A DNA stretch of 64,000 nt from the human T2T-CHM13v2.0 reference genome, Homo sapiens, in assembly GCF_009914755.1 (NCBI RefSeq), contig NC_060929.1, one strand, 5' to 3'. The notes below the pieces were generated by a model that worked only from the letters and a program-made list of their open reading frames with translations, made no database searches and was not told the origin of the DNA. This document shows positions 30,031 to 44,533 of the stretch, one piece after another. Numbering within the stretch: the stretch's first letter is position 1; every line of letters begins with the position of its first letter. Position numbers and translations under genes: made by a program.

Positions 30031-30339
30031 AAATTTAAAAATACTCATACATGTAATGGTCATAAATAATTGGGAGGCTTATCTTTCAGATATAGGAGGC
30101 TCTTTGGGAGGGTGGTATACTAATCAACCCCCCTAATCAATCCAAAGAATCCTCTTGGATTCTTTGTTGTTCTTATAGACATGGAGAGAAGTACATAGTA
30201 TATGGGAGGCAGAGTATATAGATAAGATTCATTAGAGTTAAACTAAATGTTTAATTAGTATAATTGATATCTTCATGTCTCCTTAAAATATGATAAAATA
30301 ATCTTGATTACCTATGGAAATGAAATTCTTGGAAGATAC

Positions 30340-33060
30340 CAACTAGCAGAATATAGGTACTGTTGAAGAGTGAGTTAGCTAGAAAATGTATCAAGGAATT
30401 CTCCCAGGATGAAACTCAGAGGGACAAATAGTTACAAGTATGAGAAATAAATATTGACAAATGGAGGCTAGTCTAGTCTGTCTAGTAAGTAGTTCCACAA
30501 GGTAAAAGAGATAATGGAGATGAGGAAACAATTGGTGTCTTTTAGATTGAACGAGAAAGCTGACCATGGTAAAGGAAAAGTCTCATGAACCTAGACATAT
30601 TCTCAAGTTTTCTGGAGCTGGGTAGGGTGGCGATGGTGATAGAGGTATAGAGATTGTATGCTTCCAGATTATCCTACAAAGTAAAGAAAATCAGAGTGGC
30701 ATCAGACTTAAAATTAGCAATGTTGAATGCTAGAAGACAATGGAAACTCAAAATTTGATGTTTTTGAACCTAAAATTCCCTTTCTGCAAATTACTCTCAG
30801 ATTGAAGGACAAACTACAGATGTTTCAATGGATGTGAGGGATTGGAAAGTTTACTACCTTAAACCTTTTTGAAAAAACAGGATATACTTTACTAAATGAG
30901 CAAGGAATCAGAGAGAAAGATGTGAGATACAAAGAAGTGTTTCATATAGCTAAGTCTCAATTGTTAATCTGCAATAATTAATAGTTTTTGGGTAACAGCC
31001 TGGAACTAAAATTCCAGATGATCTTAACGTGGGAGAAATTGTGACGGGAAGATAGAAATTAAAGCTTTTAAAATTGCTTATCTCATTTGTGGGGAGATTA
31101 TAGATGTTCTAGATGTAGGTAGAAAAATACAGCATAACTGTGCATTAAAAATGTGGACTAGACTTATAACTACCCAGAACTGGACTCAAAACTACATTGT
31201 TACATTATTAATGACAAAAGTGCCACCACAGATCGGTGGCAAAAAGATGGTCTTTTCAGTAAATGGTATGGCAGCAATCAGATGGCCGTACAGAAAAAAA
31301 GAATCATATCATTACCTCAACCTAACACAGAAATTAATTTGAGATGAATTTAAAAGCCTGAATGTGAAAGTTAAAAAGAAACTTCTAAAATAAAATACAG
31401 GAGAATAAGCATAAAACAAAATATTAGTAAATTGAACATAATTAAAGTTAAAAACTTCTCTTCATCCTTAGACACTTTTAAGAATAAAAGGCAATTGAAT
31501 TCTGGCACTCAAAAAAAAAAAGAAAATTGAAAGCCATGGAGTGAGAGAAGATATTTGCAGTACCCATAGCCAACAAAGGACTTGTATCTAGAGTATATAA
31601 ATCAATAACAAAAAGGCAAACACATCCCAATTAAGCAGTGGACAGAATTTTGAACAGGTATTTCTGGAAAAATAGCTAAATATACTAAGCTCTCCGTATC
31701 TGTGGGTTCTGCAATGCTGACTGTAGAATGTGAGCATCTGTTTATTTTGTTATTGAGGAGAGTCCTGGAACCCATTCCCCATGGATACCAAGGGATGACA
31801 GTAGCCAATAAACACATGAAAAACTGCTCAGCATCATTAGAGAAATGCACAAGGAGGGTGACTAAAAATAAAAAGAGTAGACAGTGCCAAATGTTGCTCA
31901 GGACATAGAGCATCTGGAACACGTATACAGTGATCAAGGGGGAGCGCATATGTTATAACCACTTTAGAAAACTGGCAGTATCTACTGATGCTAAATATTA
32001 CAAATACCTTATGATCTAGCAGTTCCATTCTTGGGAATATAACTAACAGAACAAGAACTTTCTGTTCACTAAAGGACATATGTATAAGAATGACCACAGC
32101 AGTTTTATTAATAGTACTTAAAAACTGATATCAGTCAAATGCCTATTAATAGTAGAATGGATACATCGTGGTTTATTCATGCAACGGAATACTACATAGC
32201 AGTGAAAAAAGAGCTAACTATTGTGACATGGAATAACATGGATTAATTTTGCTTCTTTGACAAAAACAAGCCAGGCACAAAATCGTATGATTGCATGTGT
32301 GTGAAATTTTAAAACAGGTTACATTCATCTATAGTGGTAGAGATCTGAATAGTGGTTACCTTTTGCAGGGGCTGTTGCCTGGGAAGAAGCTTGAGGGAGC
32401 CTTCTGGGGAGCTGGAAGTGTTGAACATCTTGATTTGGGTGGTAGTTACCAAAGATATACATATTTTAAGAATTCACCCATCTGTACACTTAAGATTTAT
32501 GTAAAATATACTTTAATAAAGACATAACAAAACTCAAGGGCAAGTGCTAGAAGAATAGAAATAGGATGAGTGGGAAACAGCAAATAAAATTTGGAAATTT
32601 CAAACAAAGGCAGGAAAGAAAGGAAGGGAATGCAGAGGAAGGAAGTAGGGAAATAAAATTAAATACATCTGTAATCATAAGGGTTTAGATTTCTCTGTTA
32701 CGAGAGAGCTTCATAGATGTGTAGGTATAAAACTTGCACTACTACAAGAGATAAATACAAAGCAGCACAGGTTAATGCTAAAGAGATACAAAAATAGTTT
32801 TGTTAGCAAATGGCTAACAAAAAGCCAGAGCAATATTAATCAGCCAGTTATCATTCAAATGCATTAAATGGGACAAAGCATTATATTTCATATTAATAAA
32901 AGGCATAATCCACTAAGAAAATAGAATTAAAGAACTTTTATACACCAGAAAGCTGGGCCTTGAAATATGTAAAGCATTCACAGTCATAGTGAAAGACTTA
33001 ACATGCCTCTTTGAAATCAGTAGATGAAATAGGCAAAAGTAAGGACTTACAAGATTTAAC
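30340..33060 (+). mobile_element. degraded L1M fragments with a small Tigger-like insert (~31690-31800)
   Basis: A-rich L1-like motifs, e.g. AACAAAGGACTTGTATCTAGAG and GGAATACTACATAGCAGTGAAAA. Confidence 0.65.
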
Positions 33061-34182
33061 AGTTATTAATCACAAGCTTGATTTCTGTTCTAATTTGTTT
33101 ATATACAGATACACACAATTTAAATTACATCACACGATACATATTCTGTAACTTTTCTCTAGCTTAGCATCGTATCCTGGTGGTCTTTCCATGTACGTGA
33201 GTGTTGTGCTGTCTTATTTTTTTTTTTTTAGCGATACACAGCACTCTGTAGTAAGAAGGCCTGTTGCACATGAATCCATTTACCTATCTAAACATTTGGT
33301 TTGTCAGTTTTACATTGTTACAAGCATACTTGTCTGAGTATTTTATAAACATGTAAGTAATTTTTATTACAGAAAATCTTTTCCTACCTTTCCATTTTGA
33401 CTTGGTTTTGAAAACAGCCATTGAAGTCACTGAAAATCTGATTGGAAGTCTCCGATACAAGGCTATATAGGGAATGCTTAAGCTAATACACAAATACTGG
33501 TTTGAAAGAAAGCCTCAGGTTTTTATTCTTGTGCCCCATTTTCAAATCTGTGGTCTGTTATCTCATTCTGTCTAGAATTCTGCTTTCCTGACTAAAAGAC
33601 TTTCTGCCTTGATAGCAGTTCGTTCACCCATACTTTGTCTTTCTCTAAATGGCCAGAATTTAGAATAATTATATTCTGTATTTTAGAGGACCTGTGAATC
33701 TGTGCTTTTAAAATATTGGTTGTCAGGTTGCCATTTATGGCATTGCAGTACATACTCTACTGAAAAATTCTCTTAATTTCAAAGACTTATACCTCCAAAA
33801 CTGAAACCTTTTATTGTCATGAGCAGACTTAATGAATTTTGGAATTCTAGAATTTAAAAAATTCTTTATATTATAATTTTGGAGATCTTTACTTTAGATT
33901 TTTCTTTTCAAACATCTAAGCTCATTCAATAAAAAAAAGCAACTAAACCTAGAGAGAATCTAAGTGCTAAACATGATTGTGTAACATTTACTCTTCATTG
34001 TCACTATATTTGTGCTTGACTGTGTTTTTAAAAATTTAATATTTTGAGACTTAGGCTTGTAAAGACTAAATGTTTATTTCAGTGGCATTTGTGGCGTTCC
34101 ACTTTACCTCTGCTTTCTTGAGCAGCTATGTGAATTCATGATGCGAGTTGTGACTGTGTGCCATCATGCTCTTTTTCGGTAG

Positions 34183-34255
34183 GCCGCATCTACAAGTGCT
34201 TGTTTACTGGCTCCGTGAGCTCACTACTGACGCTGCCATTAGATATGCTGTCAAC
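34183..34255 (+). CDS. MARCHF6: exon 5 (CRIYKCLFTG...DMLST)
   Basis: gtag|GCCGC...CAAC|gtgagt; 73 nt. Confidence 0.96.
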
Positions 34256-34482
34256 GTGAGTATTGAACCTCTGTGACGAATGTTGCATGATGTAGATGAT
34301 GCTTGCTTTTTTCCTTGCATATTTATTTTATTATAATTTGTAAATTCTTTTGTTTTGAGAACAATAATTTATGTCTATTACACTAACAGTTATAGCTGCA
34401 GTAGAAGTAGCTGATAAATGTAAATGACACTTCTTTTAAAACATACCTGTTTTATGGGACTGTTTTGTAATGATGGGATGAC

Positions 34483-35150
34483 TTTTCTTTCTTTCTTTTT
34501 TTTTTTTTTGAGATGGAGTCTTGTTCTGTTGTCCAGGCTGGAGTATAATGGTGCGATCTCGGCTCACTGCAACCTCCGCCTCCTGAGTTCAAGCGATTCT
34601 CTTGCCTCAGCCTCCAGAGTAGCTGGGATTACAGGCACTCGCCAGCATGCCTGGCTAATTTTTGTATTTTTAGTAGAGACAGGGTTTCACCATGTTGGTC
34701 ACTCTGGTCTCGAACTCCTGACCTCAGGTGATCCACCCGCTTCGGGCTCCCAAAGTGCTGGGATTACAGGCGTGAGCAACCGCGCCCGTCCGGGATGACT
34801 TTTTAAATAGGCTGTCACGCAGTTTGAGATACATACTACTGTCTTATGTTCACAAAAGTTTTTTTGTTTTGTTTTTTTAAATGGAGCCTCGCTCTATTAC
34901 CTGGGGTAGGGTGCAGTGGTGTGATCTCTGCTCACTGCAACTTCTGCCTTCTGGGTCTCCTACTTCAGCCTCCTGAATAGCTGGGATTACAAGCATGTGG
35001 CAGCAAGCCAGGCTAATATTTTGTATTTTTAGTAGAGATGGGGTTTCACCATGTTAGCCAGGCTCGTCTCAAACTCCTAACCTCAAGTAATCTGCCTGCC
35101 TCGGCCTCTCAAAGTGCTGGGGTTACAGGCATGAGTCACTGTGCTTGCCC
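34483..35150 (-). mobile_element. two antisense Alus
   Basis: The first has TSD GGGATGACTTTT. Confidence 0.9.
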
Positions 35151-35639
35151 AAGAGTTCGTTTTAACATGTGTTTTTAACATACACATTTGAACTCAAATT
35201 TATTTTTTAAATGTTTTCCATGATTATTAGAATATAAATGCTAAGAACTTGCCTGTAGTTACTTTACTATATCTTGATATTAAGCATTGTTGCTTGCCTT
35301 ATATTGGCAGGCTTCTTTTTCCCTCTCACCTGATAGGCTTGAGGGTCACCTGAATTGCTTTCATTAGACTACTCATTGACTCCAGAGGACCACTGGAAGC
35401 CTAGTGGGGCTAGTCAAAATAAATTATAAACATGGCTTGGTTTTAGCTGTCTTTTACAGTTTGAAAAATTGAGCCAGTTTTTCTGATAGCAGTTGTGACC
35501 AAACTACTTTTTTTCTGAGTAATGTTTTACACTCTCTATAGAATTTTTTTTCTGTGAAATTTTACTTTAAATTTCCTTAATGTCTTACCAGTTTCTATGT
35601 ATTCTGTAGCTCAGTAATTGAGGTCATGTCTAGGTGCAC

Positions 35640-36068
35640 TGTATCAGTTATCTATTGCTGCAAAACAAACTGTCCCAAACCTTAGTGGCTTAAAACAGCT
35701 ACCATTTTATTTGCTTATAATTCTGGGGTCAGCAGTTTGGGCTGGGCTCAGCTGAGCTTTTCATCTATTGGGCTTGCCTAGGTCACTCAGCTGTTTTACT
35801 GGGACTTAATGATCTAAGATGGTTTGTCTGAGATGCCTTGGTTCTTCTCTTTGTGGCCTCTTATCTTCTAAAAGGCTAGTAGGGCTTCTTTACATGGTAG
35901 TCTCAGGGCAGCATTCTAAAAGGGCAAGAGAAGAAGCTTGCAGGCCCTCCTCTGGGCTCTGGAACTTGGGCAGCATCGCCTCTGTCCAGGATTCACAAAA
36001 CCAGCCCAGATTAAAGGAGTAAGGAAAAAGGACTCCAGAGTTTGTCACCAAATGTTTAAAATCTGTAA
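35640..36068 (-). mobile_element. MLT1-type MaLR LTR (old)
   Basis: TGTATCAGTTATCTATTGCTG...CTTAGTGGCTTAAAACA. Confidence 0.7.
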
Positions 36069-36596
36069 CAAACAGTTAGGATTATTGCTGATAGCAAGGA
36101 AGATGTAAAGGGGATATTTTGGTCCCAACCTTTCAGAATTTAGTAGCCTGGAGAGTTCCTTACTAAGGTGGTAGTTAGGATTCCTCTTTTGATTCAGGAC
36201 ATATTGCAGACTATATTTTCCTAGAGGCCATACCAGTTTAGTTTAAGTTTGGAGCTGCTGGGTCAAGGTCTACCAGATTGACCCTTCTCAGGTTTTCTAT
36301 GGAGGAAAAAAGTGATTCCATTAAAATAATGGATTTTCCAATGGCTAAGAGTCCAGAGGCTTTTGAGTTATCTGTGAATAATTCTGAAATCATAAACATG
36401 GACTAGGGAAGGAAAGATAAGCCTCTTAAGAAAGGAAAAGGACAAAATGGTCTTCAGTATCATGATATTTGATGCATTTTCTTGTATGATTACTAAAGGA
36501 ACCATACTTTGCCTTTCTGAATTTGTTGAGAAACTAATACACTTTTGGTATGATTGCAGTTAGCATCAAAACTTGGTTTGCTTTCTAAATGAAAAA

Positions 36597-36890
36597 TTTC
36601 TTTTTTTTTGAGATGGAGTCTCACTCTGTACCCATGCTGGAGTGCGGTGGCTCAATCTTGGCTTACTGCAACCCCCCGCCTCCTGGGTTCAAGCGATTAT
36701 CCTGCCTCAGCCTCCCGAGTAGCTGGAATTATAGGTGCACACCATCATGCCTGGCTAATTTTTGTATTTTTAGTACAGATGGGGTTTCACCATGTTGGCC
36801 AGGCTGGTCTCAACTCCTGACCTCAAGTGATCCACCTGCCTTGGCCTCCCAAAGTGCTGGGATTACAGGCATGAGCTACTGCACCTGGCC
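36597..36890 (-). mobile_element. Alu
   Basis: Antisense Alu. Confidence 0.9.
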
Positions 36891-37521
36891 AAGTGACAAA
36901 CTTCTATAAAATTTATAATAGACCTCTTTGTCTTACATATGGCATACTGAATATCTCTCAACCTTCATTTCTTTATGTTGTCATTAGACTTATCTGGAGG
37001 AGCTTCTCCTCTTTTCTGATTTGATGATTCTATTAATTTGTGTGGGTTCAGGTGTCAGCTAATCAAGTTTTTAAACATGTGTAAAATAAAGATACAGAAA
37101 CTCTTAGAGTTGGACAGAGTTTTTAACCTTTGGTAAATTACATAAATTTAATGCATGGCCTTTGTCAAGTGTTAGACTGCTTTTGTCTTTTTTTGCGTGC
37201 TGCCTTTCTGTTTCTAGGCCATTTTCAAAAGATAGGCTATGGATAGGTAATTTCCATATAGTTCTGATGGTATTTGATGCCTAAATAAAATACATAATAC
37301 AAGTATGTAAATATGTATAGGTTCTCTTGCAAGTAGAATTTCACCATAATCACAAATAGTTCTTTTGGAGAAACTTGAGATTTTCATCCAAAAAATTATG
37401 ATTTATTCTTCTGGCTGTTTTTTTTTTTTTCTGAGACTTTAGTATAAGAAAATTTTTTACCTTTGTTTTCCTAATTTTAAGTCTTCTTTGGAGTAATTAT
37501 ATGTACTTTTTTTTTTAATAG

Positions 37522-37690
37522 GGAAAATTTGTTGGCAGATTGTTTGCAGGGTTGTTTTGTGGTGACGTGCACACTGTGTGCATTCATCAGCCTGGTGTGG
37601 TTGAGAGAGCAGATAGTCCATGGGGGAGCACCAATTTGGTTGGAGCATGCTGCCCCACCGTTCAATGCTGCGGGGCATCACCAAAATGAG
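37522..37690 (+). CDS. MARCHF6: exon 6 (ENLLADCLQG...HHQNE)
   Basis: aatag|GGAAA...GAG|gtaact; 169 nt; overlaps ORF 37529..37714. Confidence 0.96.
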
Positions 37691-38317
37691 GTAACTCCCC
37701 TACCCCAAAATTGATTTTACTTAGGTAGGTCATGAGAATTATTGTTTCTCTCTGAGACTCAAACTCTTGACTTCCATGTCCCTCATAAACATTCTTTTGT
37801 TATTACAAAGGAGGGCAGCGGAAAGGTTTGGGTGAAGATGAAGAGAGATGTGAAAAATCAAGAAAGTGGTATTACGACTTTGCCTCTTAATTTTCTAGTT
37901 AGAGTGGGAACAGCGTTGGGGGGTATACTGAAGTCCATGTACACAGTCTTACCCACTGAGCAGAAATTTGAAAACATTTCCTCAAGTGTTTGATGACAGA
38001 GCATGTATGTATATATGTATGTACATTTTTTTAAAAATGTATTTTCATCCCTGATGCTGTCAATAAAGACAAAGGCTGTCTTATAAAAAGGACTACAGAA
38101 TGTTTTTAAGAGAGCCAGATTTGTTAACCATTTTCTATAATGCTTTGTGAACTGTTAATCCGCTAAATTATACTGAATGAATATGTACACGTGTTATGAA
38201 GTGAGGTTGTGTTCTTATATACTAAAATTGATCCCACATCAGATACATTTAAAAAAGATGTCTTTGAAAGGTTTTGTTTTTAAAAAGAATTTAGTAGAGT
38301 TTATATTTGTTTTCTAG

Positions 38318-38622
38318 TTTTTTGTTTGTTTTGGTTTTTTGAGATTGGCTCTTGCTCTGTCACTCAGGCTGGAGGGCAGTGGCATGATCACACCTAACTG
38401 CAGCCTCACAACCTCTGGGCTCAAGAGATCCTCCTTCCTCAGCCTCCTGAGTAGCTGGGACTATAGGCGCAAACCACCATGCCTGGCTAACTTTTTAATT
38501 TAAGTACAGATAGGGTCTTGCTGTGCTGGCCAGGCTGGTCTTGAACTCTTGAGCTCAAGCAATCTGCCTGCCTCAGCCTCCCAAAGTGCTAGGATTACAG
38601 GCATGAGCCACTACACCTGGCC
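38318..38622 (-). mobile_element. Alu (J-like)
   Basis: Antisense Alu. Confidence 0.88.
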
Positions 38623-38730
38623 TAGGTTTTTTTTTTTTTTTTTTTTTTTTTTTAGCAGGAATAATGTGATTTGGAAACAGAGCAAAACAGACAAGTGGAT
38701 CTAAATTTCTGGGCTTTTCTGTGATTTTAG

Positions 38731-38920
38731 GCTCCAGCAGGAGGAAATGGTGCAGAAAATGTTGCTGCTGATCAGCCTGCTAACCCACCAGCTGAGAACG
38801 CAGTGGTGGGGGAAAACCCTGATGCCCAGGATGACCAGGCAGAAGAGGAGGAGGAGGACAATGAGGAGGAAGATGACGCTGGTGTGGAGGATGCGGCAGA
38901 TGCTAATAACGGAGCCCAGG
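38731..38920 (+). CDS. MARCHF6: exon 7, acidic low-complexity loop (APAGGNG...EEEEEDNEEEDD...GAQ)
   Basis: tttag|GCTCC...CAGG|gtaatg; 190 nt. Confidence 0.96.
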
Positions 38921-39012
38921 GTAATGGCTGCTTGTGTGTCCTCACTCTTCAGCACTGCAAATCTGTTCTCAACTTGCATTGAGGAAAAGGGCTGGCGTTT
39001 TCAAATTTTTAA

Positions 39013-39444
<432 letters not shown>

Positions 39445-39683
39445 TACACAGGACTTTTTTAATAGGATAGATAGGAAGAAACTATTTTTTAAGTTGGATT
39501 AGGTACTACTTTTTTTAAATAAAGGACTTTGATACAGATTCACCTCATTCATTTGCTTCTCTCTTTCCATGTCCCTTGAGTCAGTGCAATTTCTAAGATT
39601 GAAAAAGAATCTTGAAGTTTATACTGCAGACAAGATGCCATCTAAATAAATCAACGTCTCGTTTTCTAGCAGTGTAAACTCTA

Positions 39684-39980
<297 letters not shown>

Positions 39981-40254
39981 TCAGCTGTTGGTCACTCACT
40001 TCCCCTCCTCCCTCCCACCACAGTTTTCCTGTCAAGCTTTGCACTATCTCTAGTTCTACTTGGCAGCCTGATATTTTTGTGTCTCTTTGTGTCACGTACT
40101 CTGTTAGACACTGAGCATATAACTGTGACCAAAACATTAGGCTGCTGCATTCCTGGAGTTTCTGGTTTAGTGAAAAAGTAGGAAATACACGTCATGATGA
40201 GTGTTGTGCGGGTTGCTCTGAGGATGCTGTTGGGGAGAGACCTATTAATTTACC

Positions 40255-40564
40255 TTTTTTTTTGAGACAAGGTTTTGCCTTTGAGCCAAGGTCACCTGGG
40301 AGGGAGTACAGTGGCAGGAACACAGCTCACTGCAGCCTTGACCTTTTGGGCTCAAGTGATCCTCCCACCTCAGCTCCCCAAGTAGCTGGGACCACAGATG
40401 TGTGCCATCATGCCCAGCTAATTTAGTTTTTGTTTTTGTTTTCTTGGTAGAGATGGGTTCTCCCTGTTGTCCTGGCTGGTCTTGAACTCCTGGGCTCAAG
40501 TGATCCTCCTGCCTCAGCCTCCCAAAGTGCTGAGATTATAGGCATGAGCCATTGTGCCCAGCCT
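40255..40564 (-). mobile_element. Alu (J-like)
   Basis: Antisense Alu; AGACCTATT on both sides. Confidence 0.88.
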
Positions 40565-41270
40565 AGACCTATTTTGAATAAGGTTTTCCAGGTAGCTCAG
40601 AGTACCTGGTATTTGAGCTGAGACCTCTGAAGGATGAGAAAAAGCGACTTGTGTAATGGTAACAGGGGGCCTTTGCAGGGGGAGGTCAGAGGCTCTGAGA
40701 ATACAGCCTGCTGCTACCCTTGAGTCTGGCCGTTATTTCTCTCTCTTGATCTAATACAGTAGCTCCTAACTATTCTTTCTCCTTCCGTTCTTGCTCCACA
40801 TAGTTCATATTACTCTGCTGCCTTTAAATCTTTTAGTAGTTTTCCCATTACTAAAGAATAAAATCCAGACTCCACATTCCTCTTGTATGATCTGATTTCT
40901 GTCTTTCTACTACCCATATCATTAGTCAGAATGTCCTTAGTTCCCTGGCTTCCTTACTTTTCTCAAATCTGCCAGATTCTTTCCTGGCTTAGAGCTATTG
41001 AATTCCTCTCTTTCAGATAACCTTATTTATTCCTTTTCTAGCATTTATCTCAATCTAGGATTACCTTACTTTATATGTATTATTTATTTATATGTATGTT
41101 TTTATTCTTATTTGTTCCCTGACAAGCAAATACTCAGTATGGAAATGTGGCTTAGCTTCTCAACAACAGCTTACAAAGTACTAAATTTTACTATTTTTAG
41201 TGCATTCTATTTTTTTTATTATTTATTATTTTTACTTCAAGTAATCTTTAAATTGCAATTATATTTTCAG

Positions 41271-41332
41271 ATGACATGAATTGGAATGCTTTAGAATGGG
41301 ACCGAGCTGCTGAAGAGCTTACATGGGAAAGA
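41271..41332 (+). CDS. MARCHF6: exon 8 (DDMNWNALEWDRAAEELTWER)
   Basis: ttcag|ATGAC...AAGA|gtaaga; 62 nt. Confidence 0.96.
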
Positions 41333-41941
41333 GTAAGACCTTTTTCTGTCAAGTATCCTGGTGTTTTAATCCTAAAATATATTTTAAACTTTGGTGTATT
41401 TAGATGTATACACTAATGTTATCGTTACAGTTGATGAAAAGTTACTAGAATTTTCATTCCTAGTGAAAGTTAAGTGATATATTGTTTATGGTCAAAATAT
41501 TGTGATGTTGGTGGCTTTTTTTGGTCTTACAAAATCTTGCTCCATTTAGGAAATGTTTTACCTGAAATTGTGGACTTTTGAAAAACAAAATAACAATTTA
41601 AATTTAAGTAGTATTTTCATGCTTCAGTTGACAAAATAATACAGTTTTATTATGAAGTAATCTTAATTAGCTGTATATCTTGAGTAACAAATCCAAGACG
41701 GAATTGTTTTAGACTTTATAAATCATGTAATTTTGAATAAAAGGAGACCCAAAATATAAAACTCTCATTCAGAAACAGAATTTTTTTTATTTTCTGAAAA
41801 TGATAGGAAGTATTGGAAAGTATAGGAAGTGGGTGAGGACTGTGTTTAAAGATATTGAAAGGAAAATGAGGCTTTTCATAAATTAGAATAGAAAGTTCTG
41901 TTGCATCTTAAATTAATGCTTATCGTTTTTGTTTATTTTAG

Positions 41942-42287
<346 letters not shown>

Positions 42288-44481
42288 AAAACTAATTCTT
42301 TCTAGTAACAGAATTGGAGTTGTCTTAGTGATTCAGAAACTTCACATTTATAGTATGTAGTAAAGGTCAAGATGCCCTTTGGCTTTTAATTACTTTATAT
42401 GTTGAAGATTGTATGTTTAGTGTGCTGAAAATATTGAAAAAGCATAAAGGTAATATTTTTAAAAAATTGTTAAATATTTGATTTTTAGCAAAGAAAATAA
42501 ACCCCAAAGTTAATGGTAGTTAAAAAGAACTTGGTCTTCTTTTAAAGTTTCATCTTGCAGTGTTTATTGCCTGTACTGGTGGAAGCAAAGCAGTTTTCCC
42601 TATTTTCACAGTGAGACACCCCAGGCTGATGTTAGGTTTTCCTGTTTGCTGAACCCCACCTGTCTTTACCTAGGAACTTTGCCATATTAGTAAAGATTGC
42701 AAGTCTAAGGTGAGGAGCAATTCTTTAAAGAACTTGTTCTTTAAAGAAGAAATGGTGCTGTTTTCAGGTCCTGTAATATGAAGTTATTTGCCATTTGGGA
42801 TTTTTAAATAGCTTAAGATGACTTTGGCTGCAGGTAGCAGAACCCCTGCTGGTTGGAACATTAATTTAACAGGAAGTCCAGAGGAAGAATGGGCTTGAGG
42901 TTGCTTGATCCATAGGCCCAACAATGTCATCAGAGACCGAGATATCTCCATCTGTCTCCTTTGCTGTCCTCAGTGTTGGCCTTCTCCTCAGGCTGGCTCC
43001 AGATGTTAACCAGAAGAGGATGTTGAATTTAGCAGTTGTGTAGGTTTTTAGGAACATATCTGGTATAATTCCACAGTTTAGTGGGAATGTGATATTAATG
43101 AGCTTCTAGTCATGGTTTGATCACAGTCAGTATAGAAAGCATTATTTGGCCACATACTGATTTATATTCCTTACCCCATCAGTTCCTCATAAATGAAGGA
43201 CAGAAGTCGTTGAGGTAGTGGTGGTGACTCAAACTCATTTGAATTATTGGAAAAACCTTCGACAGGATGAATTCATTATTTTAGTAAAAAATATTTAATA
43301 TGTATAGTGTGCCAGCTATTGTGCTAGGCACTGGGGAATTCAGTGCCTATGAATTCAATGCCTATGAATGAGACAGGGTCCCTGTTCTCAAAGATGCTCT
43401 ATAGTGTGGTAGAGAGAAATGAACATGTAAACAAGGAATGTTTTGGAGTCTCAGTGACAAAAAGTGTGCATAGGACACAAGAGGGGCACAAAAGAGGGTT
43501 TGATTAGGTCTTTCTTAGTGGAATGGAGTTTGTCAGCAGGAGATTTTCCGCGAAGATAACAGAGGTTGAAGTATAAAATGTGTTGGGGATAGGGAAAATT
43601 TAGGAGCCCTTAAGGCAGAGAGGTTGAAAAAATTGAGCCCACATGGTGAGAAGAAATGTAGTAGTCATTCACAAACTAATTACCCTTCTTTCTGGTTGGA
43701 TTTGTGGAAGATTAGGGGACCTGAACAGAGAAATCCTTTTTTTAGACAAAAGATCTTTGGACGGATCATTTAACTTGATGGTTGCGGGGAAGGTTGTGGG
43801 CATGAATGAATGGACTTGGGCAGTCTGGTCAGTGTCAGCATGGGGCATAGCTAAGGTGTGTGTAACATGGCTGAAGGAATAGGCAGATAGCTGTCGCCTT
43901 AGAGGTGACAGTATGTAACTGTGGGAGGTGACCAGATGGTCAGGTGAGACAGGACAAAGAAAGTCAGGGCACCATAGGGAGTGGAGGGACCAGAGGAGAT
44001 CAAGCTAGAGTTTTCCAAAGGAGTGGTAGCCAGGCAATAGTGACCTTGTAGGTGTCAAGAAGGCAGATTGGACGTTGAAAGAAACACTGCAGTTGACGTT
44101 AACATGATGTTTACAATTAATTTGGCTTTCAAATTTTTCTCCATTTGAAATTTTTAGTGTCATTTGATTTAAATGAAATCTGGTGGTTATGAAAATCTAT
44201 GTAATTTGTCGTAGATTATTTCTAAAAAGGAAGTGTTTATAAATGAATTTGTTTTTTGTACATGTAACATTTTTGAGTTTTATTAGGCTTAGTTGTATGA
44301 GCTATCTAATGAAAAATGAAAGTTACATATTATGTCTAGATTGAAATCCCAAAACAATAGAGGGAAAATTTCAATCTTAGCTGTTTTTACTATTTGGCTC
44401 TAGCTAAATAAGTGGAATAGTCCAATTAAACATACATTAAGTATGAATTGAATATGCTTTATTGATGCTTTTTTCCTTTAG

Positions 44482-44533
44482 GAACATGTCTTCTGGGTGG
44501 TATCTTTAAATACACTGTTCATTCTTGTTTTTG
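44482..44533 (+). CDS. MARCHF6: exon 10 (EHVFWVVSLNTLFILVF)
   Basis: tttag|GAA...TTTG|gtaagt; 52 nt. Confidence 0.95.
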
